Shown here: positions 40,801 through 49,633 of the stretch, piece by piece
How positions within the stretch are numbered: the first letter of the stretch is position 1
How the letters are laid out: every line of letters begins with the position of its first letter
NCBI GenBank assembly: GCA_964016885.1
Contig: OZ024741.1
Coordinates: 78,244,001-78,308,000 of the forward strand
DNA length: 64,000 nt
Direction: 5' to 3'
Source: Eledone cirrhosa
Lineage: Eukaryota
Position numbers and translations under genes: made by a program
The notes under the pieces: generated by a model
Database searches by the model: none
What the model was told of the DNA's origin: nothing
The model's input: only the letters and a program-made list of their open reading frames with translations

Positions 40801-42827
40801 TTCACTTCAAACATAGAACCATGTGATTGTGAAGTAAACTCTTTTACTTTTAACATCTTATAATGATTTAGCAGAACATATTTAAAATTGGGTTTGTTAA
40901 TTCAAATGTTTATAGTGTCTCCACTACTGAACATTTGAAATAAACTAAAGTAAGGATTTTAATTTTTAATGTGATGTAGTTATAGTGCTGTTTTATACTT
41001 TGCAAGAGTGCTTTGCTAATGTGATTTAATGTGGTGCATGACATTAAGAGTTAAACCATAAGACCATACCTGCACCCATCAGATTTATAATTTCCAGTTT
41101 CAATTCCATGTATTGTTAATTCATATGAATATAGGTTCTGTCTTATTTTTTTTTAAAAACCAATTGTTTTATTAAAGCTAGATTTTAAAATGAACTTTCA
41201 CCACTCACAAAATAATTGTCTAACTAAGCTTGGAAAAATAGAGTTATGGAGACAACATGTAGGAAAAGAGGACAACAAGTGTGTGTGTTTCACTTACTGA
41301 GTGTATCTTTGTAGTCGGGTGAGTCTGGAGTGAGGTATTTGAGATATTCTGGAAAGAAGGAGAGCAAATATAAATAACAACAACACTAACATACACAAAC
41401 ACACACAGATATACACTAACATGCACAAACATACAAAAAAAACACAAATAAATGCACACATACTAACATGCACCAACAAACATACACTAACATTCCCCAA
41501 CACACACACTAACATACATAGACATTTGATAGAACGAGTATGTGCACTTGTGTGTGTATGCATATATTTATGAATGTTTGTATGTGTTTGTGTGTGTGTG
41601 TATATACATGTGTATGAAGGCATATGATTTAATGGTTAGGATGTTCCACTAAAGTTCGTAAGGTCATAAATTTGATTCCTGGCAGTGCATTGAGTCCTTG
41701 AGCAATATACTTTATTTCTCGTTGCTTCAGTCTAACCATCCGGAAAAAAGATGACTTGTACCTGTACTTCAAAAGACCAGGTTTGTCACACATTGTATTA
41801 TGTTGAATCTCCCTGAGAACTACCTTAAGGGAGCACGTGTCTGTAAAATACTCAGTTACTTGCACATTAATTTTACAAACAGGTTGTTCCACTGTTTCAA
41901 TAAATGGAACATTCATCATCAGAATTGTCAAAGGTCCAACACATACACACACACACACATGATGTGTAAGTGCATATTTGTGTGTCTATATGTCTGTGTG
42001 TTTGTGTGTGTGCATGTCTATATGTCTGAGTGTGTGTTTGTTCAAATGTAGTAATTAATACTCACCAGACAAAAGAAGTCTGTACTGTGGAATCCTCTGC
42101 ACTGGTTTCAACATGTGATGTGTTAGGTTGAGGTTTCTACCCTCTGGATGAAACTAAAGCAGATGGAATAAGACACATAGAACTGATGAAAACCATTAAA
42201 AGAAATAACAACAAAAAATAATGTGTAGTTAACCCTTTAGCAGGGAAAAGCGGACGTAAAATGATGATGATGATGATGATGATATATTTAATATTGTATT
42301 TTCACAGTAAAGGCTTTATCTCACATAATATCAAATCTATGAGATTTTGATATTTATTTTGAGAACAATTCCTTAACATTGGTATGAGTAGCCGGTTACA
42401 GCCGGTTTGAACAGAAAGAGGTGAGAAAATTCTGACCAGATACGGTCTGTTTAAATGCCTGTTTAAAGGGTTAAGTAAATGAATTACAATAAAATAGATT
42501 TTAAAATGATGATTAGACTTTATTAATTCCTTGGTAGTTGTATGTTATAGAAATGAATTATTATAATAACAACTAACCCATGCAAGTGTGGAAAATGGAT
42601 GTTAAACAATGCTGATGATGACAACACAATGAAAATAAAGAAGACATTGCCCCAGTATCAACAAACTTACCTTGAATTCCTTTACAGTTGTAGCAAAAGC
42701 TGGGTACTTCCGACAAGATTCTTCCAGAAGTGTTTGCATGTTCTTGAAGTTCCGAATATAAGTTGTGTATAATTTAAGAAAAGGTCCCTTTTTTACAAAA
42801 ATATCTGCTATCTTTTGTATTGAATCC
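14763..42827 (-). CDS. FGD6: FYVE, RhoGEF and PH domain-containing protein (FGD5/6-like), 3' 16 coding exons, 5'-partial (about 491 aa)
   Basis: Exons: 42671-42827, 42066-42153, 41298-41348, 37890-37948, 36063-36134, 34950-35018, 33146-33226, 32478-32557, 32030-32132, 30771-30905, 27813-27912, 27279-27439, 24951-25073, 23779-23838, 16655-16755, 14763-14799. All GT-AG and phase-consistent. Domains: DH ([15 protein letters not shown]), PH1, FYVE (WVPD...RRHHCRSCG...RVCDEC), PH2. Confidence 0.92.
15440..15700 (+). mobile_element. Old RTE-type LINE 3' end
   Basis: Decayed frame ...[17 protein letters not shown]...DRTHW, ending in (GAA)n. Confidence 0.55.
16655..16755 (-). CDS. FGD6: FGD6-like PH2 exon [33 protein letters not shown](K)
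   Basis: tatatag acceptor, gtatat donor, phase 0/2. Confidence 0.85.
17664..22677 (-). mobile_element. Full-length Ty3/Gypsy LTR retrotransposon (frameshifted gag-pol)
   Basis: 201-bp LTRs at 17664-17864 and 22477-22677; 4-bp TSD GGAC; PBS-like TGGTTGACCCTG; PPT CTGGAGGAGGAC. Gag about 21600-22030, protease FLVDTGAS about 21200, RT YIDD 20103-20750, RNase H, integrase (HHCC, DDE, GPY). Confidence 0.95.
23255..23545 (-). mobile_element. Old RTE LINE 3' fragment
   Basis: [25 protein letters not shown] plus terminal stem and (GAT)n-like tail. Confidence 0.75.
23779..23838 (-). CDS. FGD6: FGD6-like PH2 exon [20 protein letters not shown]
   Basis: tag acceptor, gtaagt donor, phase 0/0. Confidence 0.88.
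24240..24820 (-). mobile_element. Three tandem Nin/Deu-like SINE copies
   Basis: Reverse complements of the 3049-3240 SINE, head to tail. Confidence 0.8.
24951..25073 (-). CDS. FGD6: FGD6-like PH2 exon [15 protein letters not shown]...KASE
   Basis: cag/gtaag sites; PH strands SGYL...WKQLWFVL. Confidence 0.92.
25738..26135 (+). mobile_element. RTE subfamily B, 3' UTR-only copy inserted at (TA)n
   Basis: Near-identical to the reverse complement of 49636-50025; (GAT)n tail. Confidence 0.85.
26670..26820. repeat. Minisatellite, about 31-bp unit
   Basis: CTGGTTATTAAAATTTTGGGAGATTAGCAAT-like unit, about 5 copies. Confidence 0.7.
27279..27439 (-). CDS. FGD6: FGD6-like FYVE-PH2 linker exon
   Basis: (E)VKQQANEF...RRPAWLKE, phase 1/0, cag/gtaatt. 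Confidence 0.85.
27813..27912 (-). CDS. FGD6: FGD6-like FYVE exon 2 VTCGNCS...[12 protein letters not shown]
   Basis: FYVE zinc ligands; tag/gtaatt sites. Confidence 0.92.
27985..28325 (+). mobile_element. Old tRNA-derived SINE (second family)
   Basis: TGGTTAAG A-box-like and GTTCTGAGTC B-box-like head; related copies at about 13404 and 16527. Confidence 0.6.
28993..29180 (+). mobile_element. RTE subfamily C 3' end
   Basis: Matches 55555-55750. Confidence 0.85.
30771..30905 (-). CDS. FGD6: FGD6-like FYVE exon 1 SLEKG...WVPD...[10 protein letters not shown]
   Basis: WxxD and RRHHCR FYVE signatures; cag/gtgagt. Confidence 0.95.
32030..32132 (-). CDS. FGD6: FGD6-like PH1 end exon [16 protein letters not shown]...
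   Basis: PH C-terminal helix; phase 2/0. Confidence 0.9.
32478..32557 (-). CDS. FGD6: FGD6-like PH1 exon [26 protein letters not shown]
   Basis: cag/gtgagt; phase 0/2. Confidence 0.9.
33146..33226 (-). CDS. FGD6: FGD6-like PH1 exon [27 protein letters not shown]
   Basis: FND.LLY motif; cag/gtaag. Confidence 0.92.
33396..33953 (+). mobile_element. Non-autonomous Tc1/mariner deletion derivative with nested SINE
   Basis: TIR CAGGGTGGTCCGAAAGTCTTGTCACCCC at both ends, TA TSD; N-terminal HTH (DUF4817-like) ORF 33734-33925; SINE 33465-33651. Confidence 0.9.
34540..34815 (-). mobile_element. CR1-like LINE 3' end
   Basis: Minus frame [31 protein letters not shown]. Confidence 0.7.
34950..35018 (-). 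CDS. FGD6: FGD6-like PH1 exon [23 protein letters not shown]
   Basis: KLSRKxMQPR motif; cag/gtgagt. Confidence 0.92.
36063..36134 (-). CDS. FGD6: FGD6-like exon [24 protein letters not shown]
   Basis: DH-PH linker; cag/gtaagt. Confidence 0.92.
37045..37660. repeat. Fold-back element: about 250-bp inverted arms plus about 55-bp direct repeat, flanked by TA arrays
   Basis: About 37075-37328 versus 37417-37660 inverted; 37045-37098 repeated at about 37360-37414. Confidence 0.85.
37890..37948 (-). CDS. FGD6: FGD6-like DH end exon [19 protein letters not shown]
   Basis: cag/gtaagt; phase 1/0. Confidence 0.92.
38290..40590 (-). mobile_element. Decayed Helitron Rep region (helicase absent)
   Basis: Fragmented frames: [26 protein letters not shown]; FITYTCNPK (motif 1); [15 protein letters not shown] (HUH motif 2); [21 protein letters not shown] (motif 3). 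Confidence 0.9.
41298..41348 (-). CDS. FGD6: FGD6-like DH exon [17 protein letters not shown]
   Basis: 51 nt, phase 1/1, cag/gtaagt. Confidence 0.9.
42066..42153 (-). CDS. FGD6: FGD6-like DH exon [29 protein letters not shown]
   Basis: DH CR3 signature. Confidence 0.95.
42229..42474. mobile_element. piggyBac-like MITE (TTAA-CCCTTTAG...TAAAGGG-TTAA) carrying an RTE-C tail
   Basis: TTAA TSD and short TIRs; GGGAAAAGCGGACGTAAAA(TGA)n immediately inside the left end. Confidence 0.65.
42671..42827 (-). CDS. FGD6: FGD6-like DH exon [24 protein letters not shown]...KEFK
   Basis: [13 protein letters not shown] motif; cag/gtaagt. Confidence 0.95.
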
Positions 42828-43739
42828 CTGTAAAAAGAAAATGACAGTGTGGATTCCATCAGTAAGGAAACTGTTTACAATATTTTATTCACATAAAATA
42901 ATTTGTAATATGGTTTTATCCACATATAATAATTGGTAATATGTATTTATTTGCTGTTACACAAAATAATATTTTCAAACAAACTACAAAATTAAGAAAA
43001 TAATTTTTTCCTATAATCAATAAAACTACCATACTTTTTTTTATGACACAGTACACTAGTTTTAAAATAAAATTTAGAGATTTATGAGACTACAGCATGT
43101 AATATATACGCAGGTAGAACATTGATTATCTGGCAATTTTCCAACACCTCTTTTAATCCAGACATAATTATGGATAGACACTTGAATTTCTTGTGACCCT
43201 TCAAAGTTTGCTGAGTTGTCACTGATGGCACTGTGTGACATTTTCAATCATCTAAATATCTAGATATTGACAACTGCTGAAAATTCTTATACTATTTTAC
43301 TTACATTCATCCCTAGCTATGGCTTCTAAACATGGTACAATTGTCAAAATATTTGTGACTTTATATCATTATAGTTGAGATATAGGGAGAGTGTCTCTGT
43401 CTTCATAATGTGTTTTTAAGGAATAAACAAAGCATTTTGTTTTGTAAAGGTTTTGCAGTGAAAAAATTATTTATAACATGGTGGCAGTCTCCTAATAATT
43501 TACCCTGAATTATGTGAAATCTGTTAGTTTGTAAAATAGATAATTCCCTATGCATCTGAAATAAAAAAGTGCCAGTAAATTTGTGTTGTAGCTGTATATA
43601 TACAATAATTTTAAAGCCAGAGTTAGTCAAATGCTCTTCCTGCAGTCAATATTTTTTGCTGCTTCTTAAAACATGCAGGGATATAATATATCAACTCTAA
43701 ACTGGATATATACAGTCAGGTGTAATATATATATATAAA

Positions 43740-44025
43740 TAGAAAAACAAGATGGCGTAGGACAGAACAAAGGAGAGGCACAAAAACAAAGAAAAGAATC
43801 CCCAGTCACTGAAGAGGTCACAGAATGTGTGATGAAAAACTTTGACAATATATGAACAATCGTCTGGTTGTGGAACCAACCAACCAACCGGAAATTTATA
43901 ATAAATTGAAGTGAAAGCAACTGGTGCGTGTGTATTGGCAACATGACCCTCCCAAAGCATAACAATATCGGTTTCAACACACGTTTTCAGATAAAGAATC
44001 TTGCTAAACAAATTCAGAAATGAAA
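43740..44025 (+). mobile_element. Penelope-like pLTR fragment with hammerhead motif
   Basis: Homologous to 59210-59535; CTGAAGAGGTCACA...GTGATGAAA at 43809-43837. Confidence 0.8.
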
Positions 44026-45199
44026 TATATATTAATTCAATTTATCTTAATTTTGGATATATATATATATATAAATATATATATATTTATTAAAATAACA
44101 GATTAAAGTTTAAGCAAAGAATCGCTGCTTTCACCCTTAACAGGATTTTCTGAAACTAAAAAAATCAATCTGTGAACGCAGAAGTAAATATTTCGAAAAA
44201 CGTTGCAACCGAAGGAAGACGGGAAGACGATACTTTGGTTCGTGGAAACGTTTCCTGGCAAAGAACGTAAAAAAACGAAGATAATACGTCATTATTTGGA
44301 GGGGAGAAAACAATTACACGCAAAGACAAAACCACGTTTATGGTATAAATGAAGTCGTAGACTAATATTCTATTAGGTGGTTCGTGGAGACGTTCTCTGG
44401 CAATGAACGGAAAAAACAAAGACAATACGTCGTTATGTGGAGCGATGAGAACAATTACACGCGAAGACAAACCACGTTTATGGTATAACTGAAGTCGTAG
44501 ACTAAAATTCTATTAAGGAAACCAAATAATTCTCGGCTTCAGAGTTAAGAATAATGTAAATAAATTACAGAGGTAATTGAAAACAACAAAAATTAAATAT
44601 ATACATGCACGCATCCATAACATACACATGCATACGCGAAAACACCTGCTATGGGTATGCAAATACAAGCACGTACACAAAAAAACACGCACGCACATAC
44701 AGAACCCACGCAGCGCCTGTACCCGCACACATACGAACGTATACACCAAATACACATAAAAATATATATTAAAAAATATATATATATATATATGTGTGTG
44801 GGGGTGCGTGTATACATATAATTATATAAATGTAAGGGTGAAAGCAGCGATTCTTTGCTTAAACTTTAATCTGTTATTTTAATAAATATTTGCTCTATGG
44901 TTCTTATATATTTGATATATATTTATCCTCATCGAGCCCTCTTTAGATTTTAGTCTTCAAATTTATTATATTTACTATAAATATATATATATATATATAT
45001 ACAATATATTAACAAATGGAAACTATATATATAAAACCATATTTATTTCATTATACATATTTCAAGGACACCAAGTTAAATTATGGTGTGCTTTCATCAT
45101 ATAAAATATAATATAGAGCAGTTTTATAAATAAATATTGACATACCCTTAAAGAATGCGACCATTTCTGTTGGAAGCTCCTGGATATATATATATATAT

Positions 45200-45535
45200 A
45201 TATTTTGTTTCTGAATTTGTTTAGCAAGATTCTTTATCTGAAAATGTGTGTTGAAACCGATATTGTTATACTTTGGCAGGGTCATGTTGCCAATAAGAAA
45301 CACACGCACCAGTTGCTTTCATTTCAATTTATTATAAATTTTATAAATTTCCGGTCGGTTGGTTGGTTCCACAACCGGATGGTTGTTCATATATTGTCAA
45401 AGTTCTTTCGTCACACATTCTGTGACCTCTTCAGTGACTGGGGATTCTTTTCTTTGTTTTGTGCCTCTCCTTTGTTCTGTCCTACGCCATCTTGAAAAAC
45501 AAGATGGCATAGGACAGAACAAAGGAGAGTGTGCC
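45200..45535 (-). mobile_element. Penelope-like pLTR fragment with hammerhead motif and short terminal inversion
   Basis: Reverse complement of 43740-44025; hairpin duplication about 45465-45530. Confidence 0.8.
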
Positions 45536-45985
45536 TCTCCAAGACAATGTCACTGGACCGAGATCTTTGGCGCTATGTAGTAATACAGAAGACCCGCCTT
45601 GCCTAAGTACAAAGCAAAACCTACAGTCAGTAGGCACCTCTTAACCAAAATACACCCCTGTCCCACTACCCCTACCGCCATCTACACCACCCTTTCGATG
45701 TAAAGCTATGTTCGTACCACAACATCTAGTCCTAAATAAATGAGGTTGTGTAGGTGTCACGACAAAAAAACACACAGTCCACACTGTAATGTGGCCATGT
45801 AGGTAATACGGTAAAAACCTCCCAGTCCACACTGTAAATGTGGTTGGTGTTAGGAAGGGCATCCAGCCGTAGAAAACCTACCAGACAGTCCTGAGCAAGA
45901 CAACAAATCTTGCCTCAAGTGGGACAATTCCCGTCCAGACCCATGCTAGCGTGGAAGATGGACGTTAAACGATGATGATGATATA
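45536..45985 (+). mobile_element. RTE subfamily B variant 3' end
   Basis: [12 protein letters not shown] end plus diverged 3' UTR and (GAT)n. Confidence 0.8.
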
Positions 45986-46018
45986 TATATATATATTATA
46001 TATTATTATTATTATTAG

Positions 46019-46343
46019 CATTTTACGTCCGCTTTTCCCTGCTTGCAAGGGTGGGACGGGAACTGATTCTGGCTTGATTTTTACAGCTGGATGCCCTTCC
46101 TAACACCAACCTCATTTACAGTGAGTGCTGGGTGCTTTTTTGCCGTGGCACCTCCACGACCACTTTGCAGTGGAATGATAGGGACCCCAGTCCCTATCAT
46201 CTCATTTCTACAGCTGAGTAAACTGGAGCAATGTGAAATAAAGTGTCTTGCTCAAGGAAACAACACATCACTCGGTCTGAGAATTGAACTCACAACTTTT
46301 CGATTGCAAGCCCATTGCTCTAACCACTAAGCTATGTGTCTCC
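46019..46343 (-). mobile_element. tRNA/CORE-like SINE with RTE-derived body and tail
   Basis: A/B boxes (TAGTGGTTAG, GAGTTCAATTC), CORE-like TCCTTGAGCAAGACAC, hairpin, GGAAGGGCATCC module, RTE-C tail. Other copies: 46870-47076 (partial) and 52857-53188. Confidence 0.85.
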
Positions 46344-46344
46344 A

Positions 46345-46870
46345 TAGGAAAAAGTTCTAGTTTGTAGGAAGGAAAATAGGGCATCGGTCCCATCCGGGCA
46401 ATGGCCATGCTCAGTGTGTAGGAAAGGAGTAGGTAGAAACTCCATTTTATGTCCCAAATGCAAAGTATGGGTGCATAAAAGATGTAGTGGGATCACAGGT
46501 AAGCTAACTAAGAATATAGATTTTATATGTGGCCGATGCTCTGGTGCAATAAGTAGCAGCAAGTGTCCACAAAATACTAGCTCATTCCATTGCACAGATG
46601 GTTCTATAGAAATAGTGGACACTTTCCGTTACTTGGGTGACAAAATCAGCAGTGGTGGAGGGTGCTCTGAAAGTACAGTAGCTAGAGTCAGAACTGGATG
46701 GAAAAAGTTCAGAGAGCTTATACCACTATTAGCCGCTAAAGGGTTCTCTCTAAAAATGAAAGGCAGGCTGTATGATGCCTGCATACGAACAGCAATATTA
46801 AATGGCAGTGAGACCTCGGCATTGTGTGCAGAGGATATACGCAGACTGGAGAGGAATGAAGCTTGCATGC
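46345..46870 (+). mobile_element. RTE subfamily B internal fragment (PHD finger to RT thumb)
   Basis: ORF 46414-46956 matches the 50026-52407 protein. Confidence 0.85.
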
Positions 46871-47081
46871 TTTTTTGCCGTGGCACCTCCACGACCACTT
46901 TGCAGTGGAATGATAGGGACCCCAGTCCCTATCATCTCATTTCTACAGCTGAGTAAACTGGAGCAATGTGAAATAAAGTGTCTTGCTCAAGGAAACAACA
47001 CATCACCCGGTCTGAGAATTGAACTCACAACCTTTCGATTGCAAGGCTAATGCTCTAACCACTAAGCCATGTGCCTATATA

Positions 47082-47124
<43 letters not shown>

Positions 47125-47448
47125 ATATACGGGGGTCTGTGTTACCCATATAAACTGTCTCCCTCTATTGGGGAAAATCGACTAACTTTTAAATTCCATC
47201 TGTGATAACATTTTACACGTTTTTATTGTATATAAACTTCCCCCTTTGTATTTGTCCCCTTCTTTTGTGCCCCTGTGGCTAATAAAGAAATCTATCTATA
47301 TATATATATATATATATATCATAAAACATGTCTTTAGAATCACTAGATATAATATATACCATTTCCTCTCCCAATTAGCATAATTAACCATATAAAAAAA
47401 ACATAAAAACACATATATATCTATGACTTTATATATATATGTAAACCT

Positions 47449-47499
<51 letters not shown>

Positions 47500-47820
47500 C
47501 ATATACATATTGCAAGCCCATTGCTCTAACCACTAAGCTATGTGTCTCCATAGGAAAAAGTTCTAGTTTGTAGGAAGGAAAATAGGGCATCGGTCCCATC
47601 CGGGCAATGGCCATGCTCAGTGTGTAGGAAAGGAGTAGGTAGAAACTCCATTTTATGTCCCAAATGCAAAGTATGGGTGCATAAAAGATGTAGTGGGATC
47701 ACAGGTAAGCTAACTAAGAATATAGATTTTATATGTGGCCGGTGCTCTGGTGCAATAAGTAGCAGCAAGTGTCCACAAAATACTAGCTCATTCCATTGCA
47801 CAGATGGTTCTATAGAAATA

Positions 47821-49630
47821 GATTGGTGCAGTAGCATCATTGTCAACTGCTACAAAGGTAAAGGCGATGCACTAGATAGAGGAAACTATAGAGGTATAAA
47901 GTTGATGGACCAGGTCATGAAAGTAACAGAAAGAGTTATAGCACAGCTGATTAGGGACCGGGTGAATATAGACGAGATGCAATTTGGGTTTGTACCAGGG
48001 AAAGGCACCACTGATGCGCTCTTCCTTGTGAGGCAATTACAGGAAAAGTACCTAGCTAAAAGTAAGCCACTCTACTTGGCATTTGTCGACCTTGAGAAAG
48101 CCTTTGACAGAGTTCCACGTGCAGTAATCTGGTGGGCTCTTAGAAAACTAGGAGTAGATGAATGGCTTGTGAAAGCGGTACAAGCCATGTATAGGGGAGC
48201 AGTCAGCAAAGTTAGGATTGGCAATGAGTATAGCGAGGAATTTAGCGTACAGGTTGGGGTCCACCAGGGCTCTGTTCTTAGCCCTCTCCTGTTCATCATA
48301 GTCCTGCAGGCAATAACGGAGGAGTTTAAGACCGGATGCCCATGGGAACTCCTGTATGCTGATGACCTCGCACTCATAGCTGAATCTATGGTAGAACTAG
48401 AGAATAAATTCCAAACCTGGAAGCAGGGACTAGAGAGAAAGGGCCTCAAAGTCAACATGACAAAGACTAAGGTCCTTATAAGTAGACGAGAAAACAGAAC
48501 CCAGATCCCCTCAGGGAAATGGCCTTGCTCAGTATGTAGGAAAGGTGTAGGTAGGAACTCCATTCTTTGCCCCAAATGCAAACAATGGGTACACAAGAGA
48601 TGTAGCGGGATCTCAGGAAGCTTAATTAAGAATGTAGGATTCACATGCAGCAGCTGTGCTGAAACAGCAAGCAAACAGCCACAGGAAACAAGTACCACCA
48701 ATCTCTGGGAGGGCCCTGTAGAAACAGTAGACAGCTTCTGCTACCTAGGTGACCGAATTAGCAACGGAGGTGGGTGCTCAGAAAGTACAATAACTAGGGT
48801 AAGAACGGGATGGAAGAAGTTTAGGGAACTACTACCACTGCTAGCTGCAAAAGGCTTCTCCCTCAGAATGAAAGGCAGACTGTATGATGCGTGTATCCGA
48901 ACAGCGATGTTGCATGGTAGTGAGACCTGGGCGCTGAAGGTGGAAGACTTACGTAGATTAGAGAGAAACGAAGCCTGCATGCTCCGATGGATGTGTAACA
49001 GTAATATACGTGAACGACAAAGCATAAATGAATTGAGAGAGAGACTGAGCATAAGAGGAATCAAATGCTGCGTGCAGGAGAGGCGGTTACGCTGGTATGG
49101 ACATGTGATGCGTATGAAGGATGACAGCTGCATAAAAAGGTGCAGAGCACTAGAAGTTGATGGAAACCGCGGAGTGGGGAGACCCAAGATGACTTGGGAT
49201 GAGGTGATAAAAGCCGACCTTACCCAACTACACCTCTCAAAGTCAATGACACACGACCGTGACTTCTGGCGTCACGCAGTAATACAGGGTACCCGACCTC
49301 CCATGGGTACATGCTGAAGCATATAAACAATATGCCCCCCCCCCCCCCCCCCCCCCACCGCAAGGTGGTCGTGGAGGTGCCACGGCAAAAAAGCACCCAG
49401 CCCACACTGTAAAGTGGACGTGTAGGCGCCACGAAAAAGCACCCAGCACTCACTGTAAATGAGGTTGGTGTTAGGAAGGGCATCCAGCTGTAGAAATCAA
49501 GCCAGATCAGTTCCTGTATGAGCAAGGCATGGTCAGCCGACCAGACACTGCCCACAACAGGACAACCCGTCTAACCCATGCTAGCGTGGAAGAACGGACG
49601 TAAAACGGTGATGATGATGATGATGATGAT
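47821..49630 (+). mobile_element. RTE subfamily A LINE, 5'-truncated, RT frame open
   Basis: [34 protein letters not shown]; about 310-bp 3' UTR; (GAT)n tail. Confidence 0.92.
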
Positions 49631-49633
49631 ATA

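Noticed and set aside
43504-43555. Possible upstream FGD6 exon (ttttatttcag...gtaaat)
   Set aside because: Translation has no DH similarity and its phase does not match the 42827 acceptor.
44480-44520. CTGAAGTCGTAGACTAAA as a hammerhead
   Set aside because: Core lacks the GA of CUGANGA and the G of GAAA.
48072-49187. Long antisense ORFs opposite RTE RTs (also 50630-51031, 55154-55702, 62792-63292)
   Set aside because: Shadow frames of the RT coding strand; no independent motifs.
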